Shown here piece after piece: positions 46,216 to 56,375 of a stretch of 64,000 nt of DNA. How positions within the stretch are numbered: position 1 is the stretch's first letter; every line of letters begins with the position of its first letter. Location: positions 162,155 to 226,154 of the forward strand of contig CAYYVW010000001.1 in the NCBI GenBank assembly GCA_964473925.1, written 5' to 3'. The translations under genes were made by a program, and so were the position numbers. Source of the DNA: an uncultured Verrucomicrobiaceae bacterium. GTDB lineage: Bacteria; Verrucomicrobiota; Verrucomicrobiia; Methylacidiphilales; CAYYVW01. The notes under the pieces were generated by a model, which did not search any database, had not been told where the DNA came from, and was given only the letters and a program-made list of their open reading frames with translations.

Positions 46216-47175
46216 CTAAGCAATCAGTCGGCGGACACGAACATGCGCGGGCAAAAGCTTTTGACAGTCCGCAAGCATCAGCGCGCTTTCTTTCGCCGCT
46301 CGCTTCGTCCCTCGAATAACGATTGATCCAATGCAGGTGAGCCTCGTTTTCGGGAAGGGCCAGCGTTGTAGAAGCGTCCGGCTTGCCGCGGCGGAAGCAG
46401 TGAAGAGTAGCTCGTAATCCTCTCCGTCCACCAATGCCGCACGGATGCTTGCCTTCGGATGCCGCGGCAAGCGCGCCGGCTTAATTAAAAAATCAACGCC
46501 CGACGCGACCGCGATGCGCGGCAAGTCCGCCGCCAGGCCATCGCTCAAGTCGCACATCCCTGAGGCGATTTTCTGCTTCGCGAGCCACTGCCCTTCTTTG
46601 ACACGCGGCAAAAACGTCAGATGCCGCCCGCTTGGCAGCGAACCGCCCAGCCTACCGGTCACCCAAATAAGATCTCCCTTCTTTGCCCCCGAACGTAACA
46701 CCGGCAATGCTCCACCCAAGCTGCCGATCCCCGCGATTGAAATGAGCAGCGTTGGCGCGGTTGTGTTTTCTCCACCGACCAGCTGAATATCAAACTCGCG
46801 CGCAAATCGCGTCAGTCCGCGATAAAGTTCCTTCACCTGAGCCAGCGTCAATTTTCGCTTCGGGCTCGGATACGCGACCGTCACTACCGCGTGTGTTGCG
46901 CGGCCGCCCATCGCCGCCATATCGCTGGCAACCCGCGCAAGGGCCTTACGTCCTACCAATGCCAGCGGCGTTTTGCGCATGAAATGCACTCCCTCCACGA
47001 CGGCATCCGTCTTGAACAGCAAAAGCGTCGAACGCCGTCCGTGGGGAATCTGCAAAACGGCGCAATCATCTCCTACGCCAACGCGGACCGAAGCGTCCTG
47101 CCTCCATCCCGAAGTCAGAAGAGCAATCAACGCATCTTCGCTTGCAAGTTTTCCTGCGGATTGGGAGCGGGCCAT
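46216..47175 (-). CDS. thiL: Thiamine-monophosphate kinase
   Basis: VGVGDDCAVL, DMAAMGG, QLVGGENT, CDLSDGLAADL. Start at 47175 (MARSQS) is preferred over 47319. Confidence 0.85.
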   Translation of the reverse strand: MARSQSAGKLASEDALIALLTSGWRQDASVRVGVGDDCAVLQIPHGRRSTLLLFKTDAVVEGVHFMRKTPLALVGRKALARVASDMAAMGGRATHAVVTVAYPSPKRKLTLAQVKELYRGLTRFAREFDIQLVGGENTTAPTLLISIAGIGSLGGALPVLRSGAKKGDLIWVTGRLGGSLPSGRHLTFLPRVKEGQWLAKQKIASGMCDLSDGLAADLPRIAVASGVDFLIKPARLPRHPKASIRAALVDGEDYELLFTASAAASRTLLQRWPFPKTRLTCIGSIVIRGTKRAAKESALMLADCQKLLPAHVRVRRLIA

Positions 47176-47397
47176 GGTGCGGTCTATAAATGTAGCGATT
47201 TTTCGACTACCGAGTCGAGTTTCTAAACACGTCAGCAGTGCTTCAATTTTAACATGAGATCGTTTTCCCGAGCGGAGTGAAACGCAGTCGAGGGACCTAG
47301 CCGGAACTAATCCCTTCATTGTAGATCATGCGTGATGCCAACCAGGCCCCTCGCGGCAGCTCGGGGAAACGACGTAAACTTTCCATTTAGGACACGC

Positions 47398-48459
47398 TCA
47401 ATCTCCGCCCACTTGCTCCAGCGGCATTGCCCAATCGACGCGCGGCTGCGCCTCCAGCCATGCAGCGTCTTCCGATGAAACCGGTTTGCCTTCTTGCTGC
47501 GAAATGCGAATCCGTTCCGCGCGTGGATTGAAAGGCTCCAGTTCACCCAAAAAGCGACGCAATAAAATCGCACGGGCCGCCGGATCCAGCGTCGGCACCG
47601 TCGCGCACGGCAAGGCACCTGCCTCTTCATTGGAGAGCGCTCCTGCCACGTTCCCCTCGGGGTCAGCAAGCTGTACGAGGCCCGACTGGACGTATACAGC
47701 CACGCGATCCGGCTCGCACCAAACCGCCAATCGGCCGCCTTCGGAGGAGATCTTCCCCAGGGGCGTCATTACCTCCAACTGCTGCGGCTGACCTGCCGAC
47801 GGACGAATGTGCGCGATTAAAAGCCCACGATCGAGCCGCAGCTTCGCACGCGTTGAACCTACAGTGGCACTGCACGCAATCTGTACTTGGGCGTTTCCGC
47901 CAAAATCCCAATCTTGAAAATCCCCCAGCCGGACGCGCGCGCGCGCTCCCTTTTCTGTCCGAAGTACCGCCGCAGAAGAAAGGCGAGCCGGAAGCCCGTT
48001 TTCTTTGATGGTACGAAACTTGCCCGCCGCATCCGCCATCTCGACCACGCCCGTTGCACGCGTTAACCGTGCCGTCCCAGCGTCTAAGAGTTCAGCGGAT
48101 GATTCACTCTCCTCTGCCCAATATGTTGTTTGCAAAAGATACAAAGGGCCGCGGCGTTTTACTTGCTCTCGGTCTTTCAACCGGCCATCCCCCAGCGACT
48201 CAAAAACTTTCACCGGCAAAAAACAATCCGTGCGCCCCATTTCTTCGTAAAGCGCTTTGGCGGGATAAGCAGCCCACAACCCGCGATAAATGGCGTGTGT
48301 TTGCGCCTCACCTATTATTTCTTCTTCGGATTCAGCTGCAGCAGGAAGAGTTGGCTCCGCTGCCCATGGCATCACTCCTTGATCCTCTGCCAGTGCCGTT
48401 CCCCACATCCAACAGGCCAGAAACGACAAGAAGGCAAAAAAAAGGACGCGTCTCATCAT
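47398..48459 (-). CDS. Secreted protein, possibly FecR-like beta-sandwich domain
   Basis: Signal peptide FFAFLSFLACWMWGTALA. The central segment (ARVRLGDFQDWDFGGNAQVQI...GLLIAHIRP...LEVMTPLGKISSEGGRLAV) resembles a FecR fold pattern, but the call is weak. The start overlaps the rpe stop (ATGA). Confidence 0.45.
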   Translation of the reverse strand: MMRRVLFFAFLSFLACWMWGTALAEDQGVMPWAAEPTLPAAAESEEEIIGEAQTHAIYRGLWAAYPAKALYEEMGRTDCFLPVKVFESLGDGRLKDREQVKRRGPLYLLQTTYWAEESESSAELLDAGTARLTRATGVVEMADAAGKFRTIKENGLPARLSSAAVLRTEKGARARVRLGDFQDWDFGGNAQVQIACSATVGSTRAKLRLDRGLLIAHIRPSAGQPQQLEVMTPLGKISSEGGRLAVWCEPDRVAVYVQSGLVQLADPEGNVAGALSNEEAGALPCATVPTLDPAARAILLRRFLGELEPFNPRAERIRISQQEGKPVSSEDAAWLEAQPRVDWAMPLEQVGGD

Positions 48460-49130
48460 TCTCTTAAATCGTTTGGAATACCACGCAGCGCGGTAATTTC
48501 TGCTGCTGCATCCACCGCGCTAAAAACAGAAGTTCCTGCCGCGATTACGTCCGCTCCCGCTTCCCGGCTTGCCGCCGCCGTTTGAACATTGATGCCTCCG
48601 TCCACTTCCAAATCAAACGTCCATCCATGTTGGCGTCGTAAATCATCTGCCAATTTTACTTTATCGAGCACCTCCGTGATAAACCGCTGACCGCCAAAGC
48701 CAGGAGAGACCGTCATGCACAGCAAAAGATCCACCTGCTCTAAATATGGCATCACTTTTTCCAGGGGCGTCGTCGGTTTGAGCGCTAGCCCCGCCCGGCA
48801 CCCCAGCGCGCGAATCTTGGCCAGCGTCGCTTCCACTTTAATATCCGCCTCTAGATGAATGGTCATCCCCGAAACGCCCGCTCGGGCAAACGCCTCCAGA
48901 AATTTATCCGGGCTCGCCAGCATCAAATGCACCTCTACCGGCACTGAAGCGACTTTTTTAATTGCCGCGACCGTCGCCGGTCCAAACGTCAAATTCGGCA
49001 CAAAGTGCGCGTCCATAATATCGACGTGCAGCCAATCCGCACCGGCCGCCTCAACTCGCAGCGCCTCCTCCGCCAGACGCCCCACGTCGGCTGCCATCAT
49101 TGAGGGTGCAATGCGCACGGGCTTAGCCAT
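48456..49130 (-). CDS. rpe: Ribulose-phosphate 3-epimerase
   Basis: IAPSMMAAD, HVDIMDAHFVPNLTFG, VSPGFGGQRF, EVDGGI. Confidence 0.9.
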   Translation of the reverse strand: MAKPVRIAPSMMAADVGRLAEEALRVEAAGADWLHVDIMDAHFVPNLTFGPATVAAIKKVASVPVEVHLMLASPDKFLEAFARAGVSGMTIHLEADIKVEATLAKIRALGCRAGLALKPTTPLEKVMPYLEQVDLLLCMTVSPGFGGQRFITEVLDKVKLADDLRRQHGWTFDLEVDGGINVQTAAASREAGADVIAAGTSVFSAVDAAAEITALRGIPNDLRE

Positions 49131-49148
49131 ACCTACAAATCTATCAGA

Positions 49149-50249
49149 TTAGATTTTAACGCGAAAGCGCTCAGTTGACTTCAAATCAAGCGCGAACGCA
49201 GCACAGAGCGCCGCCGTTTGCTCCAAGTCTTTGCGGTGCACGGTCTCGACTGGCGTGTGCATGTACCGGTTCGGCACACCAATCGAAACCGCTGCCACAC
49301 CGCCGCGCTGTATGAAAATCCCCTCGGCATCCGTCCCCGATCCGCACGCGTCGATCCCCCGCTGGAACGGAATTCCACGCTTGTCGGCTACTGTGCAAAG
49401 TCGGTCGACGACTGCGGGATGATTGACGCTCCCACGATTGATCTGCGGCCCTTTCCCCATGCGCAGTGAACCGTATTTCTTCTTGTTCGCTCCCGGGATA
49501 TCCGTCGCATGTGCTACGTCGATGACAACCGCCACATCCGGGTTCACCGAATAGCCGACCATCTGCGCGCCAAAGAGCCCGTTCTCTTCCTGAATCGTCG
49601 AGGCGGCAATCACACACGCCTGTAGCCCCTTTGCTTCGCTGCACAGACGCAACGCCTCAGCCGCGATAAAGGTTCCGATCCGGTTATCGCACGCGCGCGC
49701 GACCCACAGGTCTTCGGTCAATTGCTGACAACCCGCCGTGTAGGTCACCAAATCGCCCACCGCAACTCTTTCCTCCGCTTCCGCGCGGCTGCCGGCGCCG
49801 ATATCGATGTACAAATCATCAATCTTAGGAGCTTCTTTCTTGCCCTCCCGATCCTGCATATGAATGGCGATTGAGCCAAAGACGCCCAGCACGGGCCCGC
49901 CTTTCGCATGCACATGCACGCGTTGTCCACGCGCCAGCGCCAAGTCGGGGCCGCCGACGTTGTTCACATACAAAAAGCCATCGTCATCGATGTATTGAAT
50001 TTGAAAGCCTATTTCATCCGAATGCCCTGCGATCATCACGCGCGGGCTCCCTTTGGGGTTGAGCACCGCGACGGCATTCCCATACGTATCGGTGTGCGCT
50101 TCATCGGCAAAGCGGTCGACGTAATCCAGCCAGACGCGCTGGCCGGCCGCTTCGGCGCTCGACGGGCTGGGTGTTTCCAAAAGTCGCTTTAAAAAATCCC
50201 AAGCGCCACGTGGAGTCGACAAGGGCGAGGACGACTTTTTACGTTTCAT
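49149..50249 (-). CDS. M42-family glutamyl aminopeptidase / endoglucanase-like peptidase
   Basis: TDTYGNAVAV, IAGHSDEIGF, RACDNRIG, STIQEENGLFGA, VIDVAHATD. Confidence 0.85.
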   Translation of the reverse strand: MKRKKSSSPLSTPRGAWDFLKRLLETPSPSSAEAAGQRVWLDYVDRFADEAHTDTYGNAVAVLNPKGSPRVMIAGHSDEIGFQIQYIDDDGFLYVNNVGGPDLALARGQRVHVHAKGGPVLGVFGSIAIHMQDREGKKEAPKIDDLYIDIGAGSRAEAEERVAVGDLVTYTAGCQQLTEDLWVARACDNRIGTFIAAEALRLCSEAKGLQACVIAASTIQEENGLFGAQMVGYSVNPDVAVVIDVAHATDIPGANKKKYGSLRMGKGPQINRGSVNHPAVVDRLCTVADKRGIPFQRGIDACGSGTDAEGIFIQRGGVAAVSIGVPNRYMHTPVETVHRKDLEQTAALCAAFALDLKSTERFRVKI

Positions 50250-50345
50250 CCCCTCATCGATACTGCCCGCGCCCGGCCTACGTCAAGGCCGTAAGCATCC
50301 TTTTGAGTTGGAGAATCAACCTCACGCACACTATGTTAGCGGCAC

Positions 50346-51365
50346 ATGACTCCTGTCAAAACCCTCCTCATGGCGCTTCTGCTCGCATGCCTGCTCATCA
50401 CTTCCGCATCCGCAGCAGCTCCACAAAAAATTTCCGTCGGCTACGTTCCCAACAATGCGTTCGCGCCGCTCTTTGTCATTAAAGGAGAAGGCTGGGATAA
50501 AGAAGCCGGCTTAGACCTCCAGCCCCAGCGCTTCCCCTCGGCCGCGGTCGGCATGCAGGCATTCGCCCAGGGTCATGTCGACGTCCTCTACAGCATCACT
50601 TCCGTTGTGCTCAATGCCGCTGCTACTGGAATCGACCTGCGCATCCTGTACGCCGGGCTCAAAGAAGGCGACCATCTTTACGGCCACGGCAAACTGGCCG
50701 ACCTTTGGCATCTTGGAGCCAAGCGCGCCTGTGCCGAGTTTACCAAGCAAGCCGACCGCAAGCCTCGCTTCGTCGCGTTCTTTCGCGGCAACATGACCGA
50801 TGTCGTGCTGCGTTATTATCTCAAGCAGCAAGGCATTTCTGAAAGCGACGTGGAAATCACCAATATCCCCGGCCAGGACCAATTCCAGCAGGCCCTCCTT
50901 TCTGGGCAGTACGACGCCATGTGCTCGTTCGAGCCACTCCTTACCATCACGCAAGATAAGGGGCTGCCCATCCGCAAGCTAGTGGATGCTCATGAGCTCA
51001 TGCCCGAGCACACCGTCGTTTCTATCGTCACCACACCTCAATTTATCGCACAAAATCGCGCTGCCCTCCTCTCGCTAGGGCGTCTTCACCGGCGAGCTGT
51101 CGATCTTATCCAACAAAGCCCCCGTCGTGCTGCGCCGCACATCTCCAAATTCGTCGGCGAGAACTTGATTCCGCTCTCGCTCATCGAGCGAGTCCTGCCG
51201 GCAGAAGGAAAAGATTTCACCTATAACCTACCCAGCATGCTCGGTCCACTCCAGCTCCTCCACGACGTCATGCGCGAGCAAGGCCTGCTCAAGGCACCGG
51301 TCGACCTCAAGCGCCTGGTTGATTCAAGTCTGGATGACGAGCTCAATAAAGAAGCCAAGCGCTGA
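50346..51365 (+). CDS. Periplasmic substrate-binding protein (NMT1/SsuA/TauA-like), orphan
   Basis: Signal peptide LLLACLLITSASA. KISVGYVPNNAFAPLFV is typical of NitT/TauT-family binding proteins. No adjacent permease or ATPase. Confidence 0.6.
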   Translation: MTPVKTLLMALLLACLLITSASAAAPQKISVGYVPNNAFAPLFVIKGEGWDKEAGLDLQPQRFPSAAVGMQAFAQGHVDVLYSITSVVLNAAATGIDLRILYAGLKEGDHLYGHGKLADLWHLGAKRACAEFTKQADRKPRFVAFFRGNMTDVVLRYYLKQQGISESDVEITNIPGQDQFQQALLSGQYDAMCSFEPLLTITQDKGLPIRKLVDAHELMPEHTVVSIVTTPQFIAQNRAALLSLGRLHRRAVDLIQQSPRRAAPHISKFVGENLIPLSLIERVLPAEGKDFTYNLPSMLGPLQLLHDVMREQGLLKAPVDLKRLVDSSLDDELNKEAKR

Positions 51366-51368
51366 ATT

Positions 51369-51502
51369 GTCATCCTGACCGGAGCGAGCAACGCGAGCGC
51401 CGTCGAAGGATCTGGGTTCTGGCGGTTTACGCTTTGAAAGCAGACAGGAGCGGCTGTTTTGGCACCTCACCAACCCAGATCGCTCAACAAGCTCGGGATG
51501 AC
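51369..51502. repeat. Nested-inverted-repeat intergenic element (MITE/REP-like), copy 1
   Basis: GTCATCCTGAccGGAGCGA...GAAGGATCTGG ... CACCAACCCAGATCgCTCaACAAGCTCGGGATGAC. The termini and the internal GGATCTGG/CCAGATCC blocks are mutually complementary. It lies between convergent genes. Confidence 0.8.
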
Positions 51503-51507
51503 GTTTT

Positions 51508-51951
51508 TTACTCCAAAAACCGCGCCCGCTCCGCCTCGGTTGGAACGCGGCAGGCGTCCCGCTTTCCAAACCACCGGTACCGGTTGCGCGCGATAATCCC
51601 GTAGATAAAATCCGCCAACCAGCGGGTCGGCGGTACAATGCGATACGCCGCCAGTTGCATCCGGCCCATCCATCCGAGAGCCCCCGGCAGCTGCGCCAAA
51701 ATCTTGGCCGTCGCCTCCGACTTAATCCAAATTTCATCCTCCCCGCCCCACACCACGACAGACCCTACCTCACCCAACTCGGGCCGCTGCTGCACGAGCT
51801 GCGCAAACGTCTTCCCCTGCTTCGTCGCAAAACGCAGTCGCTGTCCTTCGTCATTCTTGAGACAAAAATCCACCCACCGGCTGCACCAAATGCACAGGCC
51901 ATCAAAAAAGATCACCAGCTCACGCGGATTGGAATTTACATTCATATACAA
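51508..51951 (-). CDS. DCC-family thiol-disulfide oxidoreductase (DUF393-like)
   Basis: VIFFDGLCIWCSRWVDFCLKND (FDGxCxxC motif), and ...RNRYRWFG near the C-terminus. Confidence 0.75.
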   Translation of the reverse strand: MYMNVNSNPRELVIFFDGLCIWCSRWVDFCLKNDEGQRLRFATKQGKTFAQLVQQRPELGEVGSVVVWGGEDEIWIKSEATAKILAQLPGALGWMGRMQLAAYRIVPPTRWLADFIYGIIARNRYRWFGKRDACRVPTEAERARFLE

Positions 51952-51987
51952 TTGACGCCTCGGCCATCCTGCGCCAATTCATAGAAC

Positions 51988-52608
51988 GTGCAAGGATCGA
52001 CCCCCAACGCCATCCGCATCGTCTTTGTCTGCTGGGGCAGCACCTGCCGCAGTCCCCTGGCCGCGGTCTTGCTCAAAACGCTGCTCGCCGACTATCCACA
52101 GTTCCAAGCCTCCGCCCGCGGCTTCGACGCACAAGAGGGAACCGAAGCCAGCGCCCATGCCGTCACCGCGTTGGAAGAGTGGGACTCTCTTCTCGCTCAA
52201 GAACTCTCCCAACACCGCAGCGCACAGCTTACGCTTGAAGATATGGCGCACGCCCACCTGATCGTCGCAATGGATTTGAACGTCCTATTCAAGCTCCGGC
52301 CATTTTCGGCAGCAGAAAAAGAAGCCATCGCACAGAGCACTTTTATCGAAGCCCCCACAAGCGTCATTCAAACTTATGACGGCCTAGCGGAAAAACTCAT
52401 TTTGATCACCGAACCTCACGCTGGCGTCCACTCTGTCCACCCCGGCATTTCCGATCCCTACGGCGGCCCCTGCCAAGACTATTGCACTTGCCGGGATATC
52501 ATTTCCACCACGCTCACCCAAACACTCCTTCCGTTCCTCTCAAAACGTTTCGGCGTAAAAATCTCGAACGTACGGGAGCTGGGGCGTATCGCTTCGCGCG
52601 GGGCCTAA
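51988..52608 (+). CDS. Low-molecular-weight protein tyrosine/arginine phosphatase
   Basis: P-loop IVFVCWGSTCRSPLA (CX5R-S) and Asp loop ISDPYGG. GTG start. Confidence 0.75.
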   Translation: MQGSTPNAIRIVFVCWGSTCRSPLAAVLLKTLLADYPQFQASARGFDAQEGTEASAHAVTALEEWDSLLAQELSQHRSAQLTLEDMAHAHLIVAMDLNVLFKLRPFSAAEKEAIAQSTFIEAPTSVIQTYDGLAEKLILITEPHAGVHSVHPGISDPYGGPCQDYCTCRDIISTTLTQTLLPFLSKRFGVKISNVRELGRIASRGA

Positions 52609-52681
52609 ATCATTTTTCATTCAAATTCCGCTCTTGCATCGCGGCGACCTCTGATTTACGTTCCGACCCCTTCAGGTTCCA

Positions 52682-52755
52682 GGAGCCATAGCTCAATTGG
52701 TTAGAGCGCCTCCCTGTCACGGAGGAGGTTGCGGGTTCGAGCCCCGTTGGCTCCG
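52682..52755 (+). tRNA. tRNA-Asp (anticodon GUC), no encoded CCA
   Basis: Acceptor GGAGCCA/TGGCTCC; D-arm GCTC-AATTGGTTA-GAGC; anticodon stem CCTCC/GGAGG with loop CU-GUC-AC; T-loop TTCGAGC. Confidence 0.9.
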
Positions 52756-52817
52756 CAGAACACTCCCCCGAAGCGGTTCTATTTGACTTCACCCTCATTT
52801 CACTTTAAGTTTTATTA

Positions 52818-53264
52818 ATGAAACGTCTGCTTTTCCATTCCTTACTCCTCCTTGCTACCTTCTCGCTGATCACTCCCGCCGCCCAAGCAGCTCCGCGCAA
52901 TATTTCCTTATCGGGCATTATTCAGACAGTCAACGCTGTCACCCGCTTTGAAGGTGACATCGAAGTTCGCCTTTCCGTTGCACCTAACTTCATTCCCGGG
53001 CAAATCAACGGTTCGGGCAGACTCGTCAATCTCAGCACCGTCAAGGGAACTCCTGTGTCCGTGTTCGATGCCCGGCGTACCCCTTCTAATCCTTTTGGAC
53101 AGCCAATCCCGATTGTATTTTCAAGCCTGACTCCGGGTATGGTAGTGCGATTTGATGCACAAGTCCCCGGCCCCGGCATTCTCCCCATTCCTAACAAAAT
53201 GCCGTTGCTGCGCGTCACCGTTGTTGGCAGCCCAAGCGTCATCATCGGCCCAGGCCCGGTATAA
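52818..53264 (+). CDS. Small secreted protein, unknown function
   Basis: Signal peptide LLLLATFSLITPAAQA. The remainder has a beta-rich composition. Confidence 0.5.
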   Translation: MKRLLFHSLLLLATFSLITPAAQAAPRNISLSGIIQTVNAVTRFEGDIEVRLSVAPNFIPGQINGSGRLVNLSTVKGTPVSVFDARRTPSNPFGQPIPIVFSSLTPGMVVRFDAQVPGPGILPIPNKMPLLRVTVVGSPSVIIGPGPV

Positions 53265-53334
53265 GTTTTCTCTTCTTGAATTAATTCATTAATCATTGAC
53301 ACGGCAAGTGCCGTCGATACGATCCCCCGACCTT

Positions 53335-53655
53335 ATGGCAAATACCCGCTCGGCAGCAAAACAAGCACGCGTCGCGCTTCGTCGTCGTCAACGCAATCGC
53401 AGCACCACTGCCGCTTATAAAAAGCTTCAACGCGAGATCCGGCAGCTCGCCAAGGCCGGCAACTCTCAGGAAGCCATCGCGCTCTTGCCCCGATTTCAAT
53501 CCAAGCTCGATCGAGCCCTCAAAGCTGGCATCATTGGCCGCAACTTCGCTGCGCGCAACAAAAGCCGCGCCGTTAAGTTAATCCAGCGCCCTGCCGCTGC
53601 CGCAGGTGCTAAGCCTGCCGCTTCTAAGAAAAAGAAAACGGTCGCTGCTTCTTAA
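53335..53655 (+). CDS. rpsT: 30S ribosomal protein S20
   Basis: MANTRSAAKQARVALRRRQRNRS...KSKLDRALKAGIIGRNFAARNKSR. The ATG at 53335 is preferred over the TTG at 53296. Confidence 0.9.
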   Translation: MANTRSAAKQARVALRRRQRNRSTTAAYKKLQREIRQLAKAGNSQEAIALLPRFQSKLDRALKAGIIGRNFAARNKSRAVKLIQRPAAAAGAKPAASKKKKTVAAS

Positions 53656-53704
53656 GACAAAGCCCGCCCTCTCCAGTTCGCATTCTACGTAAGCGCCGCT
53701 TCAC

Positions 53705-54652
53705 CTAGGTGCGCTCTGTCGGAATCAACCCTTCGATCGCCAGGCAGGCTCGCTCTACTGCCAAGGTAGGATCCACCCGGAAGGCCAGTCCGCGGGCCAG
53801 CAGCTCCAGCGCTTCAATCGCATGCCGGGTCGCCGCCTCCTTGCTTTGGCCAGCCCAGTACCACCGCTCGAGCGCCGCCAGCGTCTCTTGCCTCGAAAGC
53901 TGCACATCTCGCTCAACTGCAGCACGATGCGCTTCAACCGCATCTTCAGATTCTTCACCACCGGCCTCAGCCGCTTTCTCAAGCTCTTCCACTGTAGCTT
54001 GCCAATGATCCTGTAAAAGCCGTGCACGAGCGTAGGCTCGTAAACCCGGCTGCGTGTTTTCTTTCCCAGCTTGTTCCCATTGAGCAAGAAACGTCTGAAG
54101 AGAAGCGCTCAGATCCTCCACTCCCTTCTCCTGACCTTCCTCCCAAATATCTAGCCGCATGCAACGTGATACAATTGTCGGCAAGAGCGTGTCGGGCTGA
54201 GTCGTCCAAAGTATCAGAAGTGTATCGGGCGGAGGCTCTTCCAGCGTTTTAAGGAATGCATTCGCCGCAGATGCCTGCCCCACACAGAGCCGATCGGCCT
54301 CGGCAATGATGGTGACTTTTTGTCTCGCCCGCATTGGCTTGAGATAGATCGCTCGCTCCAAATTCCGAACCTGCTCGACCGTAATGTGGCGCGCCTTGGA
54401 CTGCGGGCTCACCAAATAGAAGTCCGGATGCTGAGACGGATCAACTTCTGATCCCTCTTCTCGTAATGCCATGGCAGCCAACATGTTAGAAATCTCTGCC
54501 AGCTGCGTGCGATTGGATCCAGTCAACAAATAGGCATGCCGTCCCCGACCCTGTGTCAGGCTCTCTCGGAATTGATCGATAATCGCCTCAGAGGTTAAAG
54601 GCACGTGCAACCTCCTGCCACACTCTGGCTTCAACTTCTTCCGGCGTTCCAT
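53705..54652 (-). CDS. holB: DNA polymerase III delta' subunit
   Basis: HAYLLTG, ANAFLKTLEEPP, TIVSRC. Start uncertain (a GTG at 54604 would reduce the overlap with tmk). Confidence 0.8.
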   Translation of the reverse strand: MERRKKLKPECGRRLHVPLTSEAIIDQFRESLTQGRGRHAYLLTGSNRTQLAEISNMLAAMALREEGSEVDPSQHPDFYLVSPQSKARHITVEQVRNLERAIYLKPMRARQKVTIIAEADRLCVGQASAANAFLKTLEEPPPDTLLILWTTQPDTLLPTIVSRCMRLDIWEEGQEKGVEDLSASLQTFLAQWEQAGKENTQPGLRAYARARLLQDHWQATVEELEKAAEAGGEESEDAVEAHRAAVERDVQLSRQETLAALERWYWAGQSKEAATRHAIEALELLARGLAFRVDPTLAVERACLAIEGLIPTERT

Positions 54653-55223
54653 CTGCCGCGATGAGCTTCACCCGCCCCGCTTCGCTACCTGCCAGCCGCT
54701 GATAGCCTGCCCGGACGCGCGTAAAGAAATCCACCCCCAGAGTTTCGAACCGATCCGCCCCTCCGCCTTCGGCTGCGCGACTTCGCATACGAGTCGCAGC
54801 CAGTTCGGGATCCACCTCCAGCACCAAGGTCAGTGCGGGGCGAGCCTCCCCCATCGCGAGCGCATTCACCGCATGAATCATCTCCAGCGGCAGCCCGCGT
54901 GCATCCCCCTGATAGACGACGCTCGAATCCGCGTACCGATCCGCGATAACCCACTTCCCGGCCGCGAGCGCCGGCCCAATCACCTCCCGCGCCAATTGCG
55001 CCCGCGCCGCCGCAAAAAGAAGGAGTTCGGCCTCGGGCGCGAGCGCATTTCCTTCGGGAGCATGCTTGAGCAGATGCCGGAGCGCCTCGCCCAGCGGCGT
55101 CCCCCCGGGCTCGCGAGTCGCGATGACGTCGTGGCCGAGCGCCTTAAGCTTTGCCCGGAGCCGTGCCGCCTGCGTTGACTTGCCGCAGCCCTCCGAGCCT
55201 TCAAACGAGATGAAGCGGTTCAT
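54588..55223 (-). CDS. tmk: Thymidylate kinase
   Basis: ISFEGSEGCGKSTQ, TREPGGTPLGE, ADRYADSSVVYQG. Confidence 0.9.
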   Translation of the reverse strand: MNRFISFEGSEGCGKSTQAARLRAKLKALGHDVIATREPGGTPLGEALRHLLKHAPEGNALAPEAELLLFAAARAQLAREVIGPALAAGKWVIADRYADSSVVYQGDARGLPLEMIHAVNALAMGEARPALTLVLEVDPELAATRMRSRAAEGGGADRFETLGVDFFTRVRAGYQRLAGSEAGRVKLIAADGTPEEVEARVWQEVARAFNL

Positions 55224-55227
55224 GGGC

Positions 55228-55668
55228 TTAAGTAAACCGTGTTAAATACGGCCCCGGCATCAATTCGCGGATAGTCTGGCGCACGACTGGCTCGCCGCCG
55301 CCGGGCATCAAGACAACGCACCCTGGCCCGTAATCGATCAAAAGCTGCCGGCAGTTGCCGCAGGGAGGCAGCAGCTCGGAAACGCCGTCTTTATTACGCA
55401 CGGCAACGATCGTCCGCAGCTCCCTATCCCCGGCGGAGAGCGCACTGCCGACCGCGATCGTTTCCGCACATGGACCGTACGCGCACACCTTGATGTTCAT
55501 GCCTGTGTAAATTTTGCCCGACGCGGTCCGGACGGCTGCGCCTACGGTGTGCTTCTCCGGGGTAAAGTTGCGATGGAGGCATTCGAACGCCGCGGCCACG
55601 AGCTCCCCCTCGGCGGGATCGAGCCCGGTCAGGCCACTCAGAAAAGTATCAACATTGGCAGGAGGCAT
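55228..55668 (-). CDS. cdd: Cytidine/blasticidin-S-type deaminase
   Basis: Zn ligands GPCAETIA and PPCGNCRQLL. Size is typical of tetrameric CDA-fold enzymes. Confidence 0.8.
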   Translation of the reverse strand: MPPANVDTFLSGLTGLDPAEGELVAAAFECLHRNFTPEKHTVGAAVRTASGKIYTGMNIKVCAYGPCAETIAVGSALSAGDRELRTIVAVRNKDGVSELLPPCGNCRQLLIDYGPGCVVLMPGGGEPVVRQTIRELMPGPYLTRFT

Positions 55669-55782
55669 GGTATGAAAGCGCGTGAATTGAACGGTCGCTA
55701 CGACTGAAATAATGAGACTACGCGTAACGACCGAAGGACGTCAATGGATGAGGAGGATGGGTAGTGGGTCAATTTAAAAAAC

Positions 55783-55885
55783 GTCATTTCGAGGGAGGGC
55801 CGCTAGGCCTGATTCGAGAAATCTTCGCCCACAGGCTGATACAACGCCCATAGGACCCAGATCCCTCGACTTCGTTCGGGATGAC
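55783..55885. repeat. Nested-inverted-repeat intergenic element, copy 2 (shorter, more diverged left arm)
   Basis: GTCATTTCGAGgGAG...GAGAAATCTTC ... GACCCAGATCCCTCGACttcgTTCGGGATGAC. The right arm matches copies 1 and 3. Confidence 0.7.
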
Positions 55886-55973
55886 ATACGTTTTCTGTCA
55901 CACACAATTCTCTGGTTCCACGCTTGCGCGAATTCAGTGAAAAACATAGCGTATTCTCCGAAGAAAATTCACC

Positions 55974-56324
55974 ATGAAACTCAAAATTCGCACGATCTAT
56001 TTTTCCAGTGTTGATCCTCAGGCCCTTTGCGATTTTTGGAGTGCGTTGCTAGAGCGCAAACCGCACAAGAATTCTGATGATTGGAAGGAGCTCATGTGCG
56101 ACAATATCCGCCTGGGGTTCCTGAAGCTCGATGAGCCGCATTCGGGCTCCAACTGCGTTCCGGTTTTTGAGTTTGATGATGCGGATTTGGACTCCTACTT
56201 CCAAAGGGCCAAAGCGCTGGGTGCGGAGCTCCTCATCGACGGCCGGGATGACCCGAATCTGCTATCGGTTGTGATGCGCGATCCTCAAGGTAATACGTTT
56301 GAGCTGAGTAAATTTCATGATTGA
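55974..56324 (+). CDS. Small VOC/glyoxalase-bleomycin-resistance-like protein
   Basis: IRTIYFSSVDPQALCDFWSALL...VMRDPQGNTFEL shows the single-module VOC pattern. Confidence 0.55.
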   Translation: MKLKIRTIYFSSVDPQALCDFWSALLERKPHKNSDDWKELMCDNIRLGFLKLDEPHSGSNCVPVFEFDDADLDSYFQRAKALGAELLIDGRDDPNLLSVVMRDPQGNTFELSKFHD

Positions 56325-56375
56325 TGCTGCGTCGTCCTCGAGCGCCGCACTTGTTCTTTCAAATTCCAGAAGTAC

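Noticed and set aside
51324-51737. 137-aa minus-strand ORF (and similarly 56262..56543)
   Set aside because: It is generated by reading through the intergenic inverted-repeat element, and it overlaps the well-supported DCC-family gene in another frame.
52610-52798. 62-aa minus-strand ORF
   Set aside because: It completely overlaps tRNA-Asp (52682..52755).
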